A DNA stretch of 50,963 nt, from positions 1-50,963 of the IMG/VR virus record IMGVR_UViG_3300044825_001111. One strand, 5' to 3'. Position numbers and translations under genes: made by a program. Below, one piece after another: positions 1 to 9,114 of this stretch. The notes under the pieces are model-generated. The model was not told the origin of the DNA. It searched no databases and saw only the letters and a program-made list of their open reading frames with translations. This stretch comes from a virus. Its lineage: Duplodnaviria > Caudoviricetes. Each line of letters starts with the position of its first letter. Position 1 is the stretch's first letter.

Positions 1-233
1 TTATGGTGCAGCTTGCATAGACTCTGCAGGTTGCTCGGATCGGTGAACAGCGACCAGTCGCCTTTGTGGTCCTTGATGTGGTCGACGGCATAGGCTGCGG
101 TCGTCCTGCCCTGTTCGGTGCACATGCGGCAGAGCGGCTCGATGGCAAGGTGGTGGCGCCTGATCGCAAGCCAGTGCTTCGAGGTGTACCACCGCCGATA
201 GGCCTTAGCCTCTTCGCTCCGCTGGTCGCGCAT
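1..233 (-). CDS. HNH endonuclease, terminase-associated (HK97 gp74-like), 3' end cut by window edge
   Basis: Not in ORF track. Manual translation from ATG at 233: MRDQRSEEAKAYRRWYTSKHWLAIRRHHLAIEPLCRMC...VDHIKDHKGDWSLFTDPSNLQSLCKLHH (CxxC, DH, NLQSLC..H); GAGG RBS upstream. Confidence 0.9.
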   Translation of the reverse strand, partial: MRDQRSEEAKAYRRWYTSKHWLAIRRHHLAIEPLCRMCTEQGRTTAAYAVDHIKDHKGDWSLFTDPSNLQSLCKLHH

Positions 234-240
234 GGTCCTC

Positions 241-270
241 AAACGACAAAACCCGCCTTGCGGGCGGGTG
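241..270 (-). terminator. Intrinsic terminator upstream of late genes (tR'-like)
   Basis: Minus strand ACCCGCC-CGCAA-GGCGGGT followed by TTTGTCGTTT. Confidence 0.7.
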
Positions 271-299
271 TCGGTGTTCGTGATTGTGGATCGTGCGGG

Positions 300-328
300 A
301 AGGTGTCAGAAAACGTGTCACAAGTCAA
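300..328 (-). promoter_or_regulatory. Putative late promoter (pR'-like)
   Basis: TTGACT-17 nt-CACCTT on minus strand with two TGACAC direct repeats, just upstream of the terminator. Confidence 0.45.
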
Positions 329-591
329 GGCCACTGGATAATCTGGTAGGTCAGTGTCTCGCAACGCGCCGCATGTTGCGGTTGAACAGCACGCACCTTG
401 CCATCCCACTCCATTTGCTTGGTCTGGCCGGTTCTGAGAATCCGGAATTCCAGCGCCGGCGCACCGTGCGCGATCACCGTGCGACCCATGACCGATCCGT
501 CTTGACCGATCAGCACGACTTTATAGGGACCGGCTTTCTCGTTCGCCACGTTGGCCGCAGCCTCAATCGCCCAGTCGATCGCGTCCGTCAC
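325..591 (-). CDS. Hypothetical protein
   Basis: 88 aa ORF in the minus-strand operon, GGAG before GTG. Confidence 0.6.
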   Translation of the reverse strand: MTDAIDWAIEAAANVANEKAGPYKVVLIGQDGSVMGRTVIAHGAPALEFRILRTGQTKQMEWDGKVRAVQPQHAARCETLTYQIIQWP

Positions 592-613
592 TCTCCCACC
601 TCCATCGGCATGA

Positions 614-1066
614 TTATTTTTTCTCTTTCCAAACCGTCACCCACACTTCACCGGACCGATCAAGCTCGCTCGACCAATGATCTCGGACCGCCTTGAGTTC
701 AGCGATGATTTGATCTAGCGCCTGCGTTTCAGCGCGACTAACTTCCATGCCGTCAAAGTCGTACTTCAATGTCTCGATGAGATCGAATTGCTTCTCTTCC
801 TCATTGTAGTTTGTGTCCAGCCACACAGCGATCTTCACGCGACCATCTAAACCGAACGTCAACTGTGGCTTCGCAGTGTCTCGGATTTCGGAATACAATT
901 CACCGACAAATTGAGCCATTGAATCCGTCCAGTCGCCTTGCAATGTCCCGATGCTCGACTGAAGGGCGGAATTGACGCAATCGACTATGTATTCGAAGGT
1001 CGGCGGCTTAACAAAAAGCCGAGCGTCGGCGATCTTCTTGTCGAGGTAACTCTTCTTGTCAGCCAT
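614..1066 (-). CDS. Hypothetical protein
   Basis: 150 aa ORF, GGAGG RBS, overlaps stop of upstream gene. Confidence 0.75.
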   Translation of the reverse strand: MADKKSYLDKKIADARLFVKPPTFEYIVDCVNSALQSSIGTLQGDWTDSMAQFVGELYSEIRDTAKPQLTFGLDGRVKIAVWLDTNYNEEEKQFDLIETLKYDFDGMEVSRAETQALDQIIAELKAVRDHWSSELDRSGEVWVTVWKEKK

Positions 1067-1754
1067 TCTGTTCCTCCATCGGCATGATGCCCGGCCGCAT
1101 GTCCGGCCTTCCCTGTGAGACTATGCCACCACGCCTGGGCGGCCAATAGTGGTTCGCCAGCTGGTCAAGAGCCTTGCGGATCAGGTAGCGGCCGAGGAAG
1201 CGGCGCTCGCGCTGGGCCGAGTGCTTGAACCGGGCGTCCGCGAAATCGTTGAGCTCTGTGCCGTTGATGACCACCTCCGTCAGCACCATCAGGGAATCGC
1301 TATCGAGGATCTTGAGCGTCTTGTTGTGAGCGTTGCGGGCCGCGAGCACGGTGTCGGTTATGTCCTTGAACCCGCCGCCATCGACCCGCTCAAGCGACAG
1401 ATCCTGCGCCCGCTCGTTGGAAAGCCCTGCGCGGTAGAACGTGGCGTAGTAGCGGCAGCCAGCGTTGTACTGATCGGCGGTGATGCCGTCCTTGGGGTTC
1501 TTGATGGCAGCCACGCGCAGCTTGTCGAGGGGCGCGTCGAGCATGCGGATCGTGCGATAATGCGCGGCTTCGGCAGGCGTGAAGACCTCGATGTCGTCGC
1601 CGGCATGGGCGAGGCGTTCGGGTGTTGGCCCTTCGCCGGGATCCTTCTGGCCTTTGGCTGTCGACGTCTCGATGCCTGGCGCTTGCTGGCGCTGTTTGGT
1701 GGCGAAGCGCTTGCGGGCGAGGTGGTCGAGATAGTCCTTGTCGTCACCCGTCAC
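1059..1754 (-). CDS. Putative late-gene regulator/antiterminator (DUF6456-like)
   Basis: 231 aa; ITADQYNAGCRY...LERVDGGG motif and C-terminal HTH-like segment; Q-like position at end of early operon. Confidence 0.6.
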   Translation of the reverse strand: MTGDDKDYLDHLARKRFATKQRQQAPGIETSTAKGQKDPGEGPTPERLAHAGDDIEVFTPAEAAHYRTIRMLDAPLDKLRVAAIKNPKDGITADQYNAGCRYYATFYRAGLSNERAQDLSLERVDGGGFKDITDTVLAARNAHNKTLKILDSDSLMVLTEVVINGTELNDFADARFKHSAQRERRFLGRYLIRKALDQLANHYWPPRRGGIVSQGRPDMRPGIMPMEEQNG

Positions 1755-1897
1755 TTCTCGACCTCCTTAGCGATCTTGCGCAGCTCGTGCGCGATCTCGG
1801 ACTTCTCGGCGTGCCATGCCTCGGGGTTCCGCCGGTCAGGCACGTTGACCACGACGCGCTTTGCAAGGTCGGCCAGCTTGTCGGCGAGGCGGGTCAT
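1751..1897 (-). CDS. Small hypothetical protein (48 aa)
   Basis: MTRLADKLADLAKRVVVNVPDRRNPEAWHAEKSEIAHELRKIAKEVEK; 4-nt start/stop overlaps on both sides. Confidence 0.7.
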   Translation of the reverse strand: MTRLADKLADLAKRVVVNVPDRRNPEAWHAEKSEIAHELRKIAKEVEK

Positions 1898-2727
1898 GCG
1901 GCAGGCCTCCACAAGGCCCAGCCCTTTCCGTCCGTAGGCTGAACAAGTTCGATCGGCACTTGGCAGCCTGGCTCATTCGGTAGCGCGCCCCATTTCGCGT
2001 CCCACTGCTGGGTTTCTCGAGCAGTAGCCAGGCGCTTGGCCCACTTATCGGGCGGCACGGCGGCCGGTGCAGGGGCAGAGCCATGGACGCTGTCGACGAT
2101 GCCTCGGACAAAGTACCGCCAGCCCTGAATCGATCTGCTCTTCGGAGTTTTGGCGATCTGGGCTTTGATGCTGGGAATTACCTGGGTCTTGAGGTCGTAG
2201 CCGTCTTGCACCAGCTTCCAAATCGGTGCGATGACGGGATCCGCAAATACCGGGTGCGCCGATATTCCAGGGATGGCCCGCAAGGCAGCGTCGACGTCCT
2301 CGAAGGGGTTTGGGGATGATGAGGGTGAGGGTGAGGGTGAGGGTGAGGGGGCATTGCCGGAAGCATGCGCAGACGCATTGCCGCGGCTAATGTCTTTTTC
2401 TTTATTCCACCGTGACTTAGCACGAACGCTTTGCTTTTTCGAGCTTGCGCGGACGAATTGAAACTCTTTTTGTAACCGTTTCTGCAGCAACCAATTGCCG
2501 GTCGAAGAGCAGAACGTGGCGACGATCTTGGACAGAACCAACTTCTCGTCTTCCGTGCATTGCAGACGCTCCGCAATCCACTCCATGTCGTTCGGGACTC
2601 GGCACTCGGGCGACCGCCACATCAGCACCAAGAGGTCATGGTACAGGCCACGATGCGCCCGCGGAAGGAACGCCGTGTCTGCAATCCACGAGTCGGTGAA
2701 GAGCGGCAGCGCGGCAAACTCAGCCAT
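1894..2727 (-). CDS. Replication initiator, DUF1376/YdaU family
   Basis: N-terminus ALPLFTDSWIADTAFL...GLYHDLLVLMW; KRLQKE motif; SP-repeat linker; adjacent to DnaB. Confidence 0.8.
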   Translation of the reverse strand: MAEFAALPLFTDSWIADTAFLPRAHRGLYHDLLVLMWRSPECRVPNDMEWIAERLQCTEDEKLVLSKIVATFCSSTGNWLLQKRLQKEFQFVRASSKKQSVRAKSRWNKEKDISRGNASAHASGNAPSPSPSPSPSSSPNPFEDVDAALRAIPGISAHPVFADPVIAPIWKLVQDGYDLKTQVIPSIKAQIAKTPKSRSIQGWRYFVRGIVDSVHGSAPAPAAVPPDKWAKRLATARETQQWDAKWGALPNEPGCQVPIELVQPTDGKGWALWRPAA

Positions 2728-4141
2728 GCTGGCGCTCCATGTCCCGGATGACGGCACACCCGAGGTCGCAGTAGAATTCCAGCACCGGACAAGGCCCGCC
2801 TCTGTGTTTCCCGAACATCACCTCAAGGGTGTTTCGCTTCTTCGCCAGTTGCGCCTGGCGGGCGAGTTCCTCCTCCATGTCGTCTTTCTTCTGACGTTCA
2901 AGATAGTATGCCTCGCGGTAGACAAACATCACGACGTCGGCGTCCTGCTCGATGGCTCCCGACCAGCGCAGGTCTGACAGGCCGGGCCTCTTGTCCTCTC
3001 TGCCCTCAACACCGCGGTTGAGCTGCACGAGAGAAATCACAGCAACATCCAATTCCTTGGCAAGTTGCTTCAGCGACATGCTGATCTCTTCGGTTTCCGC
3101 CGCCTTGGATCCGCTATAGCGGCCAGTCGCGGCGATCAGGTTCAGGTGGTCAATGCAGATGACCTCGAGGCGCTTACCATCGGCGGCAAGGCGCTGGGCA
3201 TAGGCTTGGGCAGCAGCGCGGATCTGCGCCACGGTGAGGCCTGGGCGATCGGCAATGTGCAACGGCATGGCATCGAGCCGCGACTGCACCCGGCAGACCG
3301 CCTCGAACTTGCGCTCGAAGCCCAGGGCGCCGACCTGCGAAGCCGATATGTCCCGATACTCGATCCGGCTGTCGCGCGACCAGGCGAGGTCGCAGAGCGC
3401 CATTTCGGTCAACTCGTCGCGCCCCATCTCGAGGCTGAACATCATGACGCCGTGGCCCTTGGCGGCGGTCTTGAGCAGCCATGACAAGGCGGTGGTAGTC
3501 TTGCCCATGCCGGGCCTGCCGGCGATGACGTAGAACCGTCCGCGCCGCCATCCGCCGAGGGTCTTGGCCAGTTCGAGGCTGCCTGGATAGGCGAAGTCCC
3601 GCGGCGCCTCGCCAAGCGTGAATGCCTCCTGCAGCTTCTGCAGCACCTTGTCGGCCACCTTGGCAATCGCCTCGGCGCCCTCGCTTGTCTGCAGGTGCGC
3701 CTTCTTGAGCCGGTCCATTTCAGCGGCCACCGCCTCGATGCGTTCGGAGTCCTCGTTGGCCACGGCCGTCGCCAGCTCGTCGGCCAGGTGGTCGTGCTTG
3801 ACCTGCCGGGCGCAACCGGGAATCGCGATCCCTGGCGCTGCGTGGCGAACGTAGCGCGCAACCAGGGCCCTGCCGGTGATGCCGACCTCTTGGAGCGTTG
3901 AGTCGTCCTCGAGCTGCCGGATCAGCCATTGCACCAGCGGGAAATTGCAGAGGCCCAGTTCGGCGCCCTCGCCCATGAGGCCGAAGAGCCTGCCGTTGAA
4001 GGTATCGCCGAAGTGGCCCCACTCGATTATGGCGGCAACCTCGCGGTAGGTCGCCACGTCTCGAGCAACCATCAGGGCGCCGAGCAACTGCATTTCGTTG
4101 GCGAAGCGCTCGTCGACGAGATTTGCAGCCAGCGCCGTCAT
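2720..4141 (-). CDS. dnaB: Replicative DNA helicase, DnaB family
   Basis: Walker A AGRPGMGKT, FSLEM, IDHL, QLNR, RPGLSDLRWSGAIEQDADVV; likely start MTALAAN at 4141. Confidence 0.93.
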   Translation of the reverse strand: MTALAANLVDERFANEMQLLGALMVARDVATYREVAAIIEWGHFGDTFNGRLFGLMGEGAELGLCNFPLVQWLIRQLEDDSTLQEVGITGRALVARYVRHAAPGIAIPGCARQVKHDHLADELATAVANEDSERIEAVAAEMDRLKKAHLQTSEGAEAIAKVADKVLQKLQEAFTLGEAPRDFAYPGSLELAKTLGGWRRGRFYVIAGRPGMGKTTTALSWLLKTAAKGHGVMMFSLEMGRDELTEMALCDLAWSRDSRIEYRDISASQVGALGFERKFEAVCRVQSRLDAMPLHIADRPGLTVAQIRAAAQAYAQRLAADGKRLEVICIDHLNLIAATGRYSGSKAAETEEISMSLKQLAKELDVAVISLVQLNRGVEGREDKRPGLSDLRWSGAIEQDADVVMFVYREAYYLERQKKDDMEEELARQAQLAKKRNTLEVMFGKHRGGPCPVLEFYCDLGCAVIRDMERQHG

Positions 4142-4383
4142 GCGACCCTCCGTTTCGTCTTGCGGTGTTCGTGGAAGAGGCTGTGGCAGTCGTGGCAAAG
4201 CACGGTGACGTCTGCCGGCCACTCGCACCCGATTCGCACATAAGTGCGGTGATGGACGTCGAGGCGGTCGGCGCCATTGCAGACCTGACAGCGGTTGCCG
4301 GCGTGGGCGAGCGCCTTGCGCTTGACCTGCGACCAGTGCGCCGATCTGAGGTATGCGGAATAGTCGCCGACCGGGTTGCGCAT
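4138..4383 (-). CDS. Small HNH-type zinc-binding nuclease
   Basis: YLRSAHW..KR...CQVC...LDVHH...LCHDCH. Confidence 0.75.
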   Translation of the reverse strand: MRNPVGDYSAYLRSAHWSQVKRKALAHAGNRCQVCNGADRLDVHHRTYVRIGCEWPADVTVLCHDCHSLFHEHRKTKRRVA

Positions 4384-4595
4384 CAGCCTGCATCCTTCAG
4401 CGTAAGAATGCTTGCGCGCGTGAAGCGTCGCCTCGACCGTTCCTTCGCCCTGGCCATCATGTGTGCGCCCCGATTGTCCGTCGTAAGATCAACCGGCTTC
4501 TGCCGGTAGCGGCGGCCGTCAGGGACGCCGGGCATCTTCGCCAGCGTGACGGGCGCGAACATCATTTCCAGATATGTGCCTTTCTCGTACCTCAT
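4383..4595 (-). CDS. Hypothetical protein
   Basis: MRYEKGTYLE..., coupled to neighbours. Confidence 0.5.
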   Translation of the reverse strand: MRYEKGTYLEMMFAPVTLAKMPGVPDGRRYRQKPVDLTTDNRGAHMMARAKERSRRRFTRASILTLKDAG

Positions 4596-4816
4596 CCTTG
4601 CCTCCAGTGCTGCGCGGCCGGGCCGCATTGATCTCCGGGCTTCCGACAATCCAGCTTCGACTGCGGCAGCCTCTCGACGACCGCCTCCCAGCCGTCACGC
4701 GGCGGGCGAAGGGTCTTGCCGTCGGGCAGCAGGCGTTCGCGGAGACAGCCCACACGCTCGCGGCCCTGGACGTAGGTGATGGTGCTATGGAAGCAGCGGG
4801 TGCAGGCTGGGGTCAT
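4592..4816 (-). CDS. Hypothetical Cys-rich protein
   Basis: MTPACTRC...GCLR...CRKPGDQCGP; ATGA overlaps. Confidence 0.6.
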   Translation of the reverse strand: MTPACTRCFHSTITYVQGRERVGCLRERLLPDGKTLRPPRDGWEAVVERLPQSKLDCRKPGDQCGPAAQHWRQG

Positions 4817-4950
4817 GGGATGCCACCGTTGCGCTCGACCCAATACATTTCCGGCAGGGTGCGGAACTGCTTGCTGCCGACTTTCAGCGCCAGCATGTGT
4901 AGCGCGAGGTGGTAGCAATCGAGCGCGTCTTCCCGCCAGTCGTAGGTCAA
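4813..4950 (-). CDS. Small hypothetical protein (45 aa)
   Basis: TTG start after GGAGG, MTYDWREDALDCYHLALHMLALKVG...; fills the gap exactly. Confidence 0.55.
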   Translation of the reverse strand: MTYDWREDALDCYHLALHMLALKVGSKQFRTLPEMYWVERNGGIP

Positions 4951-5465
4951 AGCATCACCTCCTGTTTCGCAGGAGCGGGGCGCTCGATGAAGGGATGCAG
5001 ATTAGCTGCCGCTTTTTCGTATGCTTGGCGGGCCTCGTCCTGAGTGTTGAACCGGCCAAGGAAATGGCGCTTACCATTTGCGCGAATAAGGGCCTGCCAC
5101 TTTTTGTAAGTTTTATGGAGATGCCAGCCGCCGCCATGCCGAATGTTCTGCATGTTTTCGGATCGCGTGGCGTGACGCAGATTGGCTAACCTATTGTCGG
5201 ATGGATTGCCGTTAATGTGATCCACTTCATCGTGCGGCCAAACGCCTGTCGCATAGTAAATTGCAAGCCTGTGTCCGAGATACCAATGGCCGTCGAGAGA
5301 TATAAGTTCGTAGCCCGCGCTATTGAAATAGCCAGCCCGACTCCCCGCGGCCTTTCGTCCGCCACTCTTTAGCCGGGTGAATATGCCAGTTTCCGAATTG
5401 TAGCTGACCAGTTCTTTCAAACGGCCAAGCGGCATCTGCTCCTGTGAGCGGCGCTGCACAGTCAT
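4947..5465 (-). CDS. HNH-AP2 homing endonuclease
   Basis: HRLA...VDHINGNPSDNRLANLRHAT..EN plus AP2-like KKWQALIRANGKRHFLGRF. Confidence 0.9.
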   Translation of the reverse strand: MTVQRRSQEQMPLGRLKELVSYNSETGIFTRLKSGGRKAAGSRAGYFNSAGYELISLDGHWYLGHRLAIYYATGVWPHDEVDHINGNPSDNRLANLRHATRSENMQNIRHGGGWHLHKTYKKWQALIRANGKRHFLGRFNTQDEARQAYEKAAANLHPFIERPAPAKQEVML

Positions 5466-6157
5466 AACATTTTCTCCTGAACTGGCGGTTTAGGCCGCTC
5501 TTGAAAAAAATCAGGCTGCTTATAGGCTTGCTCGATCCGGCGACACGCTATGTCAAAGTACTTCGGCTCTATCTCAATGCCGATGAACTTGCGGCCTAGC
5601 TTGGCGCAGGCGACTCCAGTGGTGCCGCTGCCCATGAAGGGGTCGAGGATGGTTTCAGCTTTCGGAACCCGCAAAACAAAATGCTCCACGAGCCATGCTG
5701 GCTTTTGATGCGGGTGAACTCTTCCTTTACTTTCCCAAGAAACAACAACTTCGCCTCTCAATACACCTTCGCCGCGCGAGCCTTCCCAGCCCCTTCCTCC
5801 GATGTAAGCTAACTCAAATGAAGGCTTCCACGGCATCGAAAGGTCGCCCATGCCAAATGCCGGGCCTTTGTCCCACACCACACAGGCGCGGGCGTTTGCA
5901 GTCGGAGGTGTCTTCCACGTCCCAAAGAACACAGACGGACGCTCGCCGCACCACTCAACAACCCAATCTCTTGCCTCGGTTGTCTCGTCGTTCTGGATAG
6001 TGGTTTTCTGCCAAGACGCGCCGTGATTACTGGCGTGAGAAATCCCATAAGGCGGATCAGTCACCACGGCATCGACCTTGCCAAGCGTGGGGAGAATGTC
6101 GCGGCAGTCGCCTAAGTAAAGAACGGCATCGCCTATGGTTTCAACGCGCACCGTCAC
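5462..6157 (-). CDS. DNA methyltransferase (N6-A/N4-C, beta class)
   Basis: DPPY, HPHQKP, ILDPFMGSGTTG; GTG start at 6157. Confidence 0.92.
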   Translation of the reverse strand: MTVRVETIGDAVLYLGDCRDILPTLGKVDAVVTDPPYGISHASNHGASWQKTTIQNDETTEARDWVVEWCGERPSVFFGTWKTPPTANARACVVWDKGPAFGMGDLSMPWKPSFELAYIGGRGWEGSRGEGVLRGEVVVSWESKGRVHPHQKPAWLVEHFVLRVPKAETILDPFMGSGTTGVACAKLGRKFIGIEIEPKYFDIACRRIEQAYKQPDFFQERPKPPVQEKML

Positions 6158-6522
6158 CGCCAGCCCCCGATCTTCGCCCGCAACAGGTCCAGCGCCTTGC
6201 CTTCGACGCAGTAGCCGATGCCGTAGAGCGTCCTGATGTAGAGCCACGGTAGCTTGCGCCTCACGCGCTTGACCTGGCTGTCGGCAAGCCTGAGATCGCC
6301 GTCCTCGACGTGGCAGCACAGCGCCGCGATCCGCTCCCGCGTCATGGTCTTGCCGGTTGCAAATGCTCGAAGCAGCTTGGCCTCGCCAATGGTGCAGCGC
6401 AGGCCTCGCATGATAGCGGCCAGCTCGTCGGCGTCGCTGTTGACGCGGTAGACCTCAAGCTCGGCTTCGAGCGCCTCGACCTTCTGGCGCAGCTGCGTAA
6501 CCTCTTGCTGGTAGGTGTTCAT
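6154..6522 (-). CDS. Winged-helix DNA-binding protein (OmpR/CtrA C-terminal-like), no receiver domain
   Basis: EAKLL...TRERI...DSQVKRVRRKL..IRTLYGIGY matches the Trans_reg_C pattern; N-terminal coiled coil. Confidence 0.75.
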   Translation of the reverse strand: MNTYQQEVTQLRQKVEALEAELEVYRVNSDADELAAIMRGLRCTIGEAKLLRAFATGKTMTRERIAALCCHVEDGDLRLADSQVKRVRRKLPWLYIRTLYGIGYCVEGKALDLLRAKIGGWR

Positions 6523-6914
6523 GCGGCCTTCGCCTTCCCCGGCAATGCGCCCCAATCGACCAAGACGCGCAAAGCATCATCGATGTTGTCCGCCCATGTT
6601 GCGTATGCTCCAGCGTCACGCGCATCTGCGAGAAACTGCTTCTGCACATCAGAGGGCTCTTCTCCGCGTGCCTTGAGTTCGAGAAAATGCGCGCGGCCAT
6701 CAACCACGATCAGCAGGTCAGCCGCGCCCGGCTTTAATCCCTGCCGCTTGTATTCGGCACCGAGCGCAGCCGATCTTTTCCCCTCGTTCGTGATCTTGAG
6801 GTACAGAACGCCCGGCAATGCGGTGAGGCGAAGGTGCTCGCAGACGGCGCGCTGCAGCCGGGCTTCGGGGTTGTCCCTGCGGGTGCGGGTGTAGAAGGGA
6901 AGGGCGCCGTTCAC
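6519..6914 (-). CDS. VRR-NUC domain nuclease
   Basis: EARLQ...GLKPGAADL...FLELKA..G..SDVQ (PD-D/ExK). Confidence 0.85.
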   Translation of the reverse strand: MNGALPFYTRTRRDNPEARLQRAVCEHLRLTALPGVLYLKITNEGKRSAALGAEYKRQGLKPGAADLLIVVDGRAHFLELKARGEEPSDVQKQFLADARDAGAYATWADNIDDALRVLVDWGALPGKAKAA

Positions 6915-7483
6915 GCCGCGACCTCCTGGCGCTTCCTCCGGTCAAGCGCCTCGGGAATGTCGCCCATGTCGAGAGAACCGGCGAGCGGCCGCGGGGGGAC
7001 GTCGGACACCTGCTCGCCGGCCGCCGATCGAAGGAGTGTTGCACTACCTTCGTCGCTATCGTCCGGCAGGCAGTGCGCGGACGATATGGGATTGATGGAC
7101 GGCGAGCCAGGCTCCAAAGTCTCGCCGTCCGCACGCGGGCTGGTGGTTACCGTCTCCGCATGGTCTGTGATCTCGCCGGTTTCGGGGTCGTGGGGCTCCG
7201 CGCCCGCGGGCGTGTGCGCGCGGGCAAGTTCCGTGCCAGTTGCCTCAAGCATCGCCAGCACCGCCCAGACGCGGGCGTCGTGAGCCTCAAGAGCGTCCTT
7301 GTCGACGCGCCGCTTCTGCCGCAGCTTCACCGCCTCTTTCCAGGCCTTAAACGTCGGCGGCTCGACGCTTTCCTTGATGTTGTCAAAGACCGCCTTCTTG
7401 TCGTCCTGCAGGGCGCGGATCTCGGCGTCGAGCGCGTCGATCTGCGCGGCGGCGGATTTCAACAGCGCGGCGTTCTCGATCAT
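6911..7483 (-). CDS. GapR-like (DUF2312) DNA-binding protein with disordered tail
   Basis: LKSAAAQIDALDAEIRALQDDKKAVFDNIK...KAWKEAVKLR pattern. Confidence 0.6.
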   Translation of the reverse strand: MIENAALLKSAAAQIDALDAEIRALQDDKKAVFDNIKESVEPPTFKAWKEAVKLRQKRRVDKDALEAHDARVWAVLAMLEATGTELARAHTPAGAEPHDPETGEITDHAETVTTSPRADGETLEPGSPSINPISSAHCLPDDSDEGSATLLRSAAGEQVSDVPPRPLAGSLDMGDIPEALDRRKRQEVAA

Positions 7484-7492
7484 GACCGCACC

Positions 7493-7861
7493 TCAATCTT
7501 CGCTGCCGCCAGTGCCGCCATCGTTCCCGCCCTGAAGCAGCAGGTGGCGAACCGCTTCAAGATGCGGCGCATAAAACTCCGGGTCGCTTGCCTCCATGGC
7601 GGCAATTGCCTCTCGCATGGCGACGAATAGTTTCTGACTTTCTGCACGATTGGCCTCGACCTTCTCCGCGCACCACCGCAGGTGCGCTGCTTCGATTTCT
7701 CGCGCCTCTTCGACGGTCGGCCGACGTTCACAGAACATCATGTGGCGGACAGTGCTGGCGGGCTTGCTGTGCCAGTTCAGGCGGACGCGGATACGCCACT
7801 CACGCTCGCGCAGCTTTCCTTCGCCGCCGAGCTCGCGGAGCTTTGTGGCGTAGGCACTCAT
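7493..7861 (-). CDS. Hypothetical regulator (cII-position)
   Basis: 122 aa ORF downstream of cro and a terminator. Confidence 0.55.
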   Translation of the reverse strand: MSAYATKLRELGGEGKLREREWRIRVRLNWHSKPASTVRHMMFCERRPTVEEAREIEAAHLRWCAEKVEANRAESQKLFVAMREAIAAMEASDPEFYAPHLEAVRHLLLQGGNDGGTGGSED

Positions 7862-7942
7862 GGGTTGCCCCTACGTTGGAGCGCATTTCCAATTCGCTGG
7901 AATGGATGCGCGGTAGTGTCGAGGGCATGGAACAGAAGCTGA

Positions 7943-7973
7943 AAGAAAGAGCCGGGACCACGAAGGCCCCGGC
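7943..7973 (-). terminator. Putative intrinsic terminator (tR1-like)
   Basis: Minus strand GCCGGGGCC-TTCGT-GGTCCCGGC then TCTTTCTTTC. Confidence 0.55.
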
Positions 7974-8012
7974 CAGGCGTCGCCGCTTCAATGGGAAAAG
8001 CGGCGGGGAGAA

Positions 8013-8456
8013 TCATGCGGTGCGCCCTTCAGCAATCCGGGACTTTCTCCAAGCCAGATTGCCAGACCTTGGGTTTTCAAGAGCGCGTTGCCATGCAGCC
8101 TTCATTGATGCCGAACGCTTGGCTCGCGTGGTCTGCTTACTTGGGCCGCAATTCTTCCAAAGCAGCGCGTCAAATGAGGGTATGGGCTCTGACAAGCCAA
8201 GCCCGCGTTTGCCCTCCACAAACTCGCGCAGCCGTCCCGCAACAATGAACCATTCGTTGTGGTGCCGGTATTCTTCAAACTCGCGGTGCAGCGCAGATTC
8301 TTCTTTTGCAGACGACGCGGGCCAGATCGCTATGATGCGGCACGGAGACGCGCTATGGCGGGTGTAGCTTTCGGCTCGAAACTCGGGATTCGAAGATCGG
8401 CCGATCTTCACCATGCCGTTCATCGCTTCGACCATATAAACGTGAAGCCTGCTCAT
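8013..8456 (-). CDS. GIY-YIG superfamily (T5orf172-like) protein
   Basis: VYMVEA..GMVKIGRSSNPEFR...E..LHREF...HNEWF. Confidence 0.8.
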   Translation of the reverse strand: MSRLHVYMVEAMNGMVKIGRSSNPEFRAESYTRHSASPCRIIAIWPASSAKEESALHREFEEYRHHNEWFIVAGRLREFVEGKRGLGLSEPIPSFDALLWKNCGPSKQTTRAKRSASMKAAWQRALENPRSGNLAWRKSRIAEGRTA

Positions 8457-8677
8457 GCGGCACTTTCCCGCTTCTTCGCGTGAAGGCTTACCAGCACATC
8501 AAAGTTCACGCCGCGAATGCCGCGATCCTTGCAGGCATCGACAAGCGCCGGCCAATAGACGACCGGAATAGATTGGCGCCGCTTCATTTCAGAAGCGGCA
8601 GATGGCTTGACGCCAAGCAGCGCAGCAACCTTGCCGCTGCCGCCCAATTCGTCAAAAATAGCGTTGATGCTTTCCAT
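8453..8677 (-). CDS. Cro-like HTH protein
   Basis: IFDELGGSGKVAALLGVKPSAASEMKRRQSIP..YW; divergent from repressor. Confidence 0.8.
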   Translation of the reverse strand: MESINAIFDELGGSGKVAALLGVKPSAASEMKRRQSIPVVYWPALVDACKDRGIRGVNFDVLVSLHAKKRESAA

Positions 8678-8684
8678 GAACACG

Positions 8685-8715
8685 ACCACTAACACGCAGC
8701 GTGTAAGTCTGTCAA
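8685..8715 (-). promoter_or_regulatory. pR-like promoter with palindromic operator
   Basis: TTGACA (8715-8710) followed by CTTACACGCTGCGTGTTAG containing the palindrome ACACGC-N-GCGTGT, immediately before cro. Confidence 0.7.
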
Positions 8716-8753
8716 CATTATTTGTGGAAGCGTCGGCTGTAACGTTTCAGCCT

Positions 8754-9086
8754 ATGGAAACGATGCACTCCAGGCTGCGCGCGGCCCGCCTCAGCGCGGG
8801 GTTCAAGCCTGCAAAGGGCGCTGCCGAAAGGCACGGCTGGCCTGTCTCGACATACTCGGCACATGAAAACGGCCAGAACGATTACGGGCCGGAAGTCGCT
8901 GAAAACTATGCCAAAGCCTTTAGAACAAGCGCGAAATGGCTGTTGCTTGGCGGCGATTTAGTGGCTGATGAAGTCGCAGAGGTGGCGGCAGACCTGCGCG
9001 AACTCCCGGAAGCCGAGTCGCGGGCGATCTTGGCGGAACTTCGGACCATGATTAAGACGGCCAAGATGCTCGGAAAGGCTCGTTAA
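8754..9086 (+). CDS. CI-like XRE repressor, short, without S24 peptidase domain
   Basis: RLRAARLSAG...AAERHGWPVSTYSAHENG...AKAFRTSAKWLLLG; 110 aa. Confidence 0.85.
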   Translation: METMHSRLRAARLSAGFKPAKGAAERHGWPVSTYSAHENGQNDYGPEVAENYAKAFRTSAKWLLLGGDLVADEVAEVAADLRELPEAESRAILAELRTMIKTAKMLGKAR

Positions 9087-9114
9087 ATCGGCCACATATA
9101 TTCTTTGCTCATTC

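Noticed and set aside
2317-2350. (GAGGGT)n repeat as origin iterons
   Set aside because: Explained as the in-frame Ser-Pro linker of the initiator; an origin role is unsupported.
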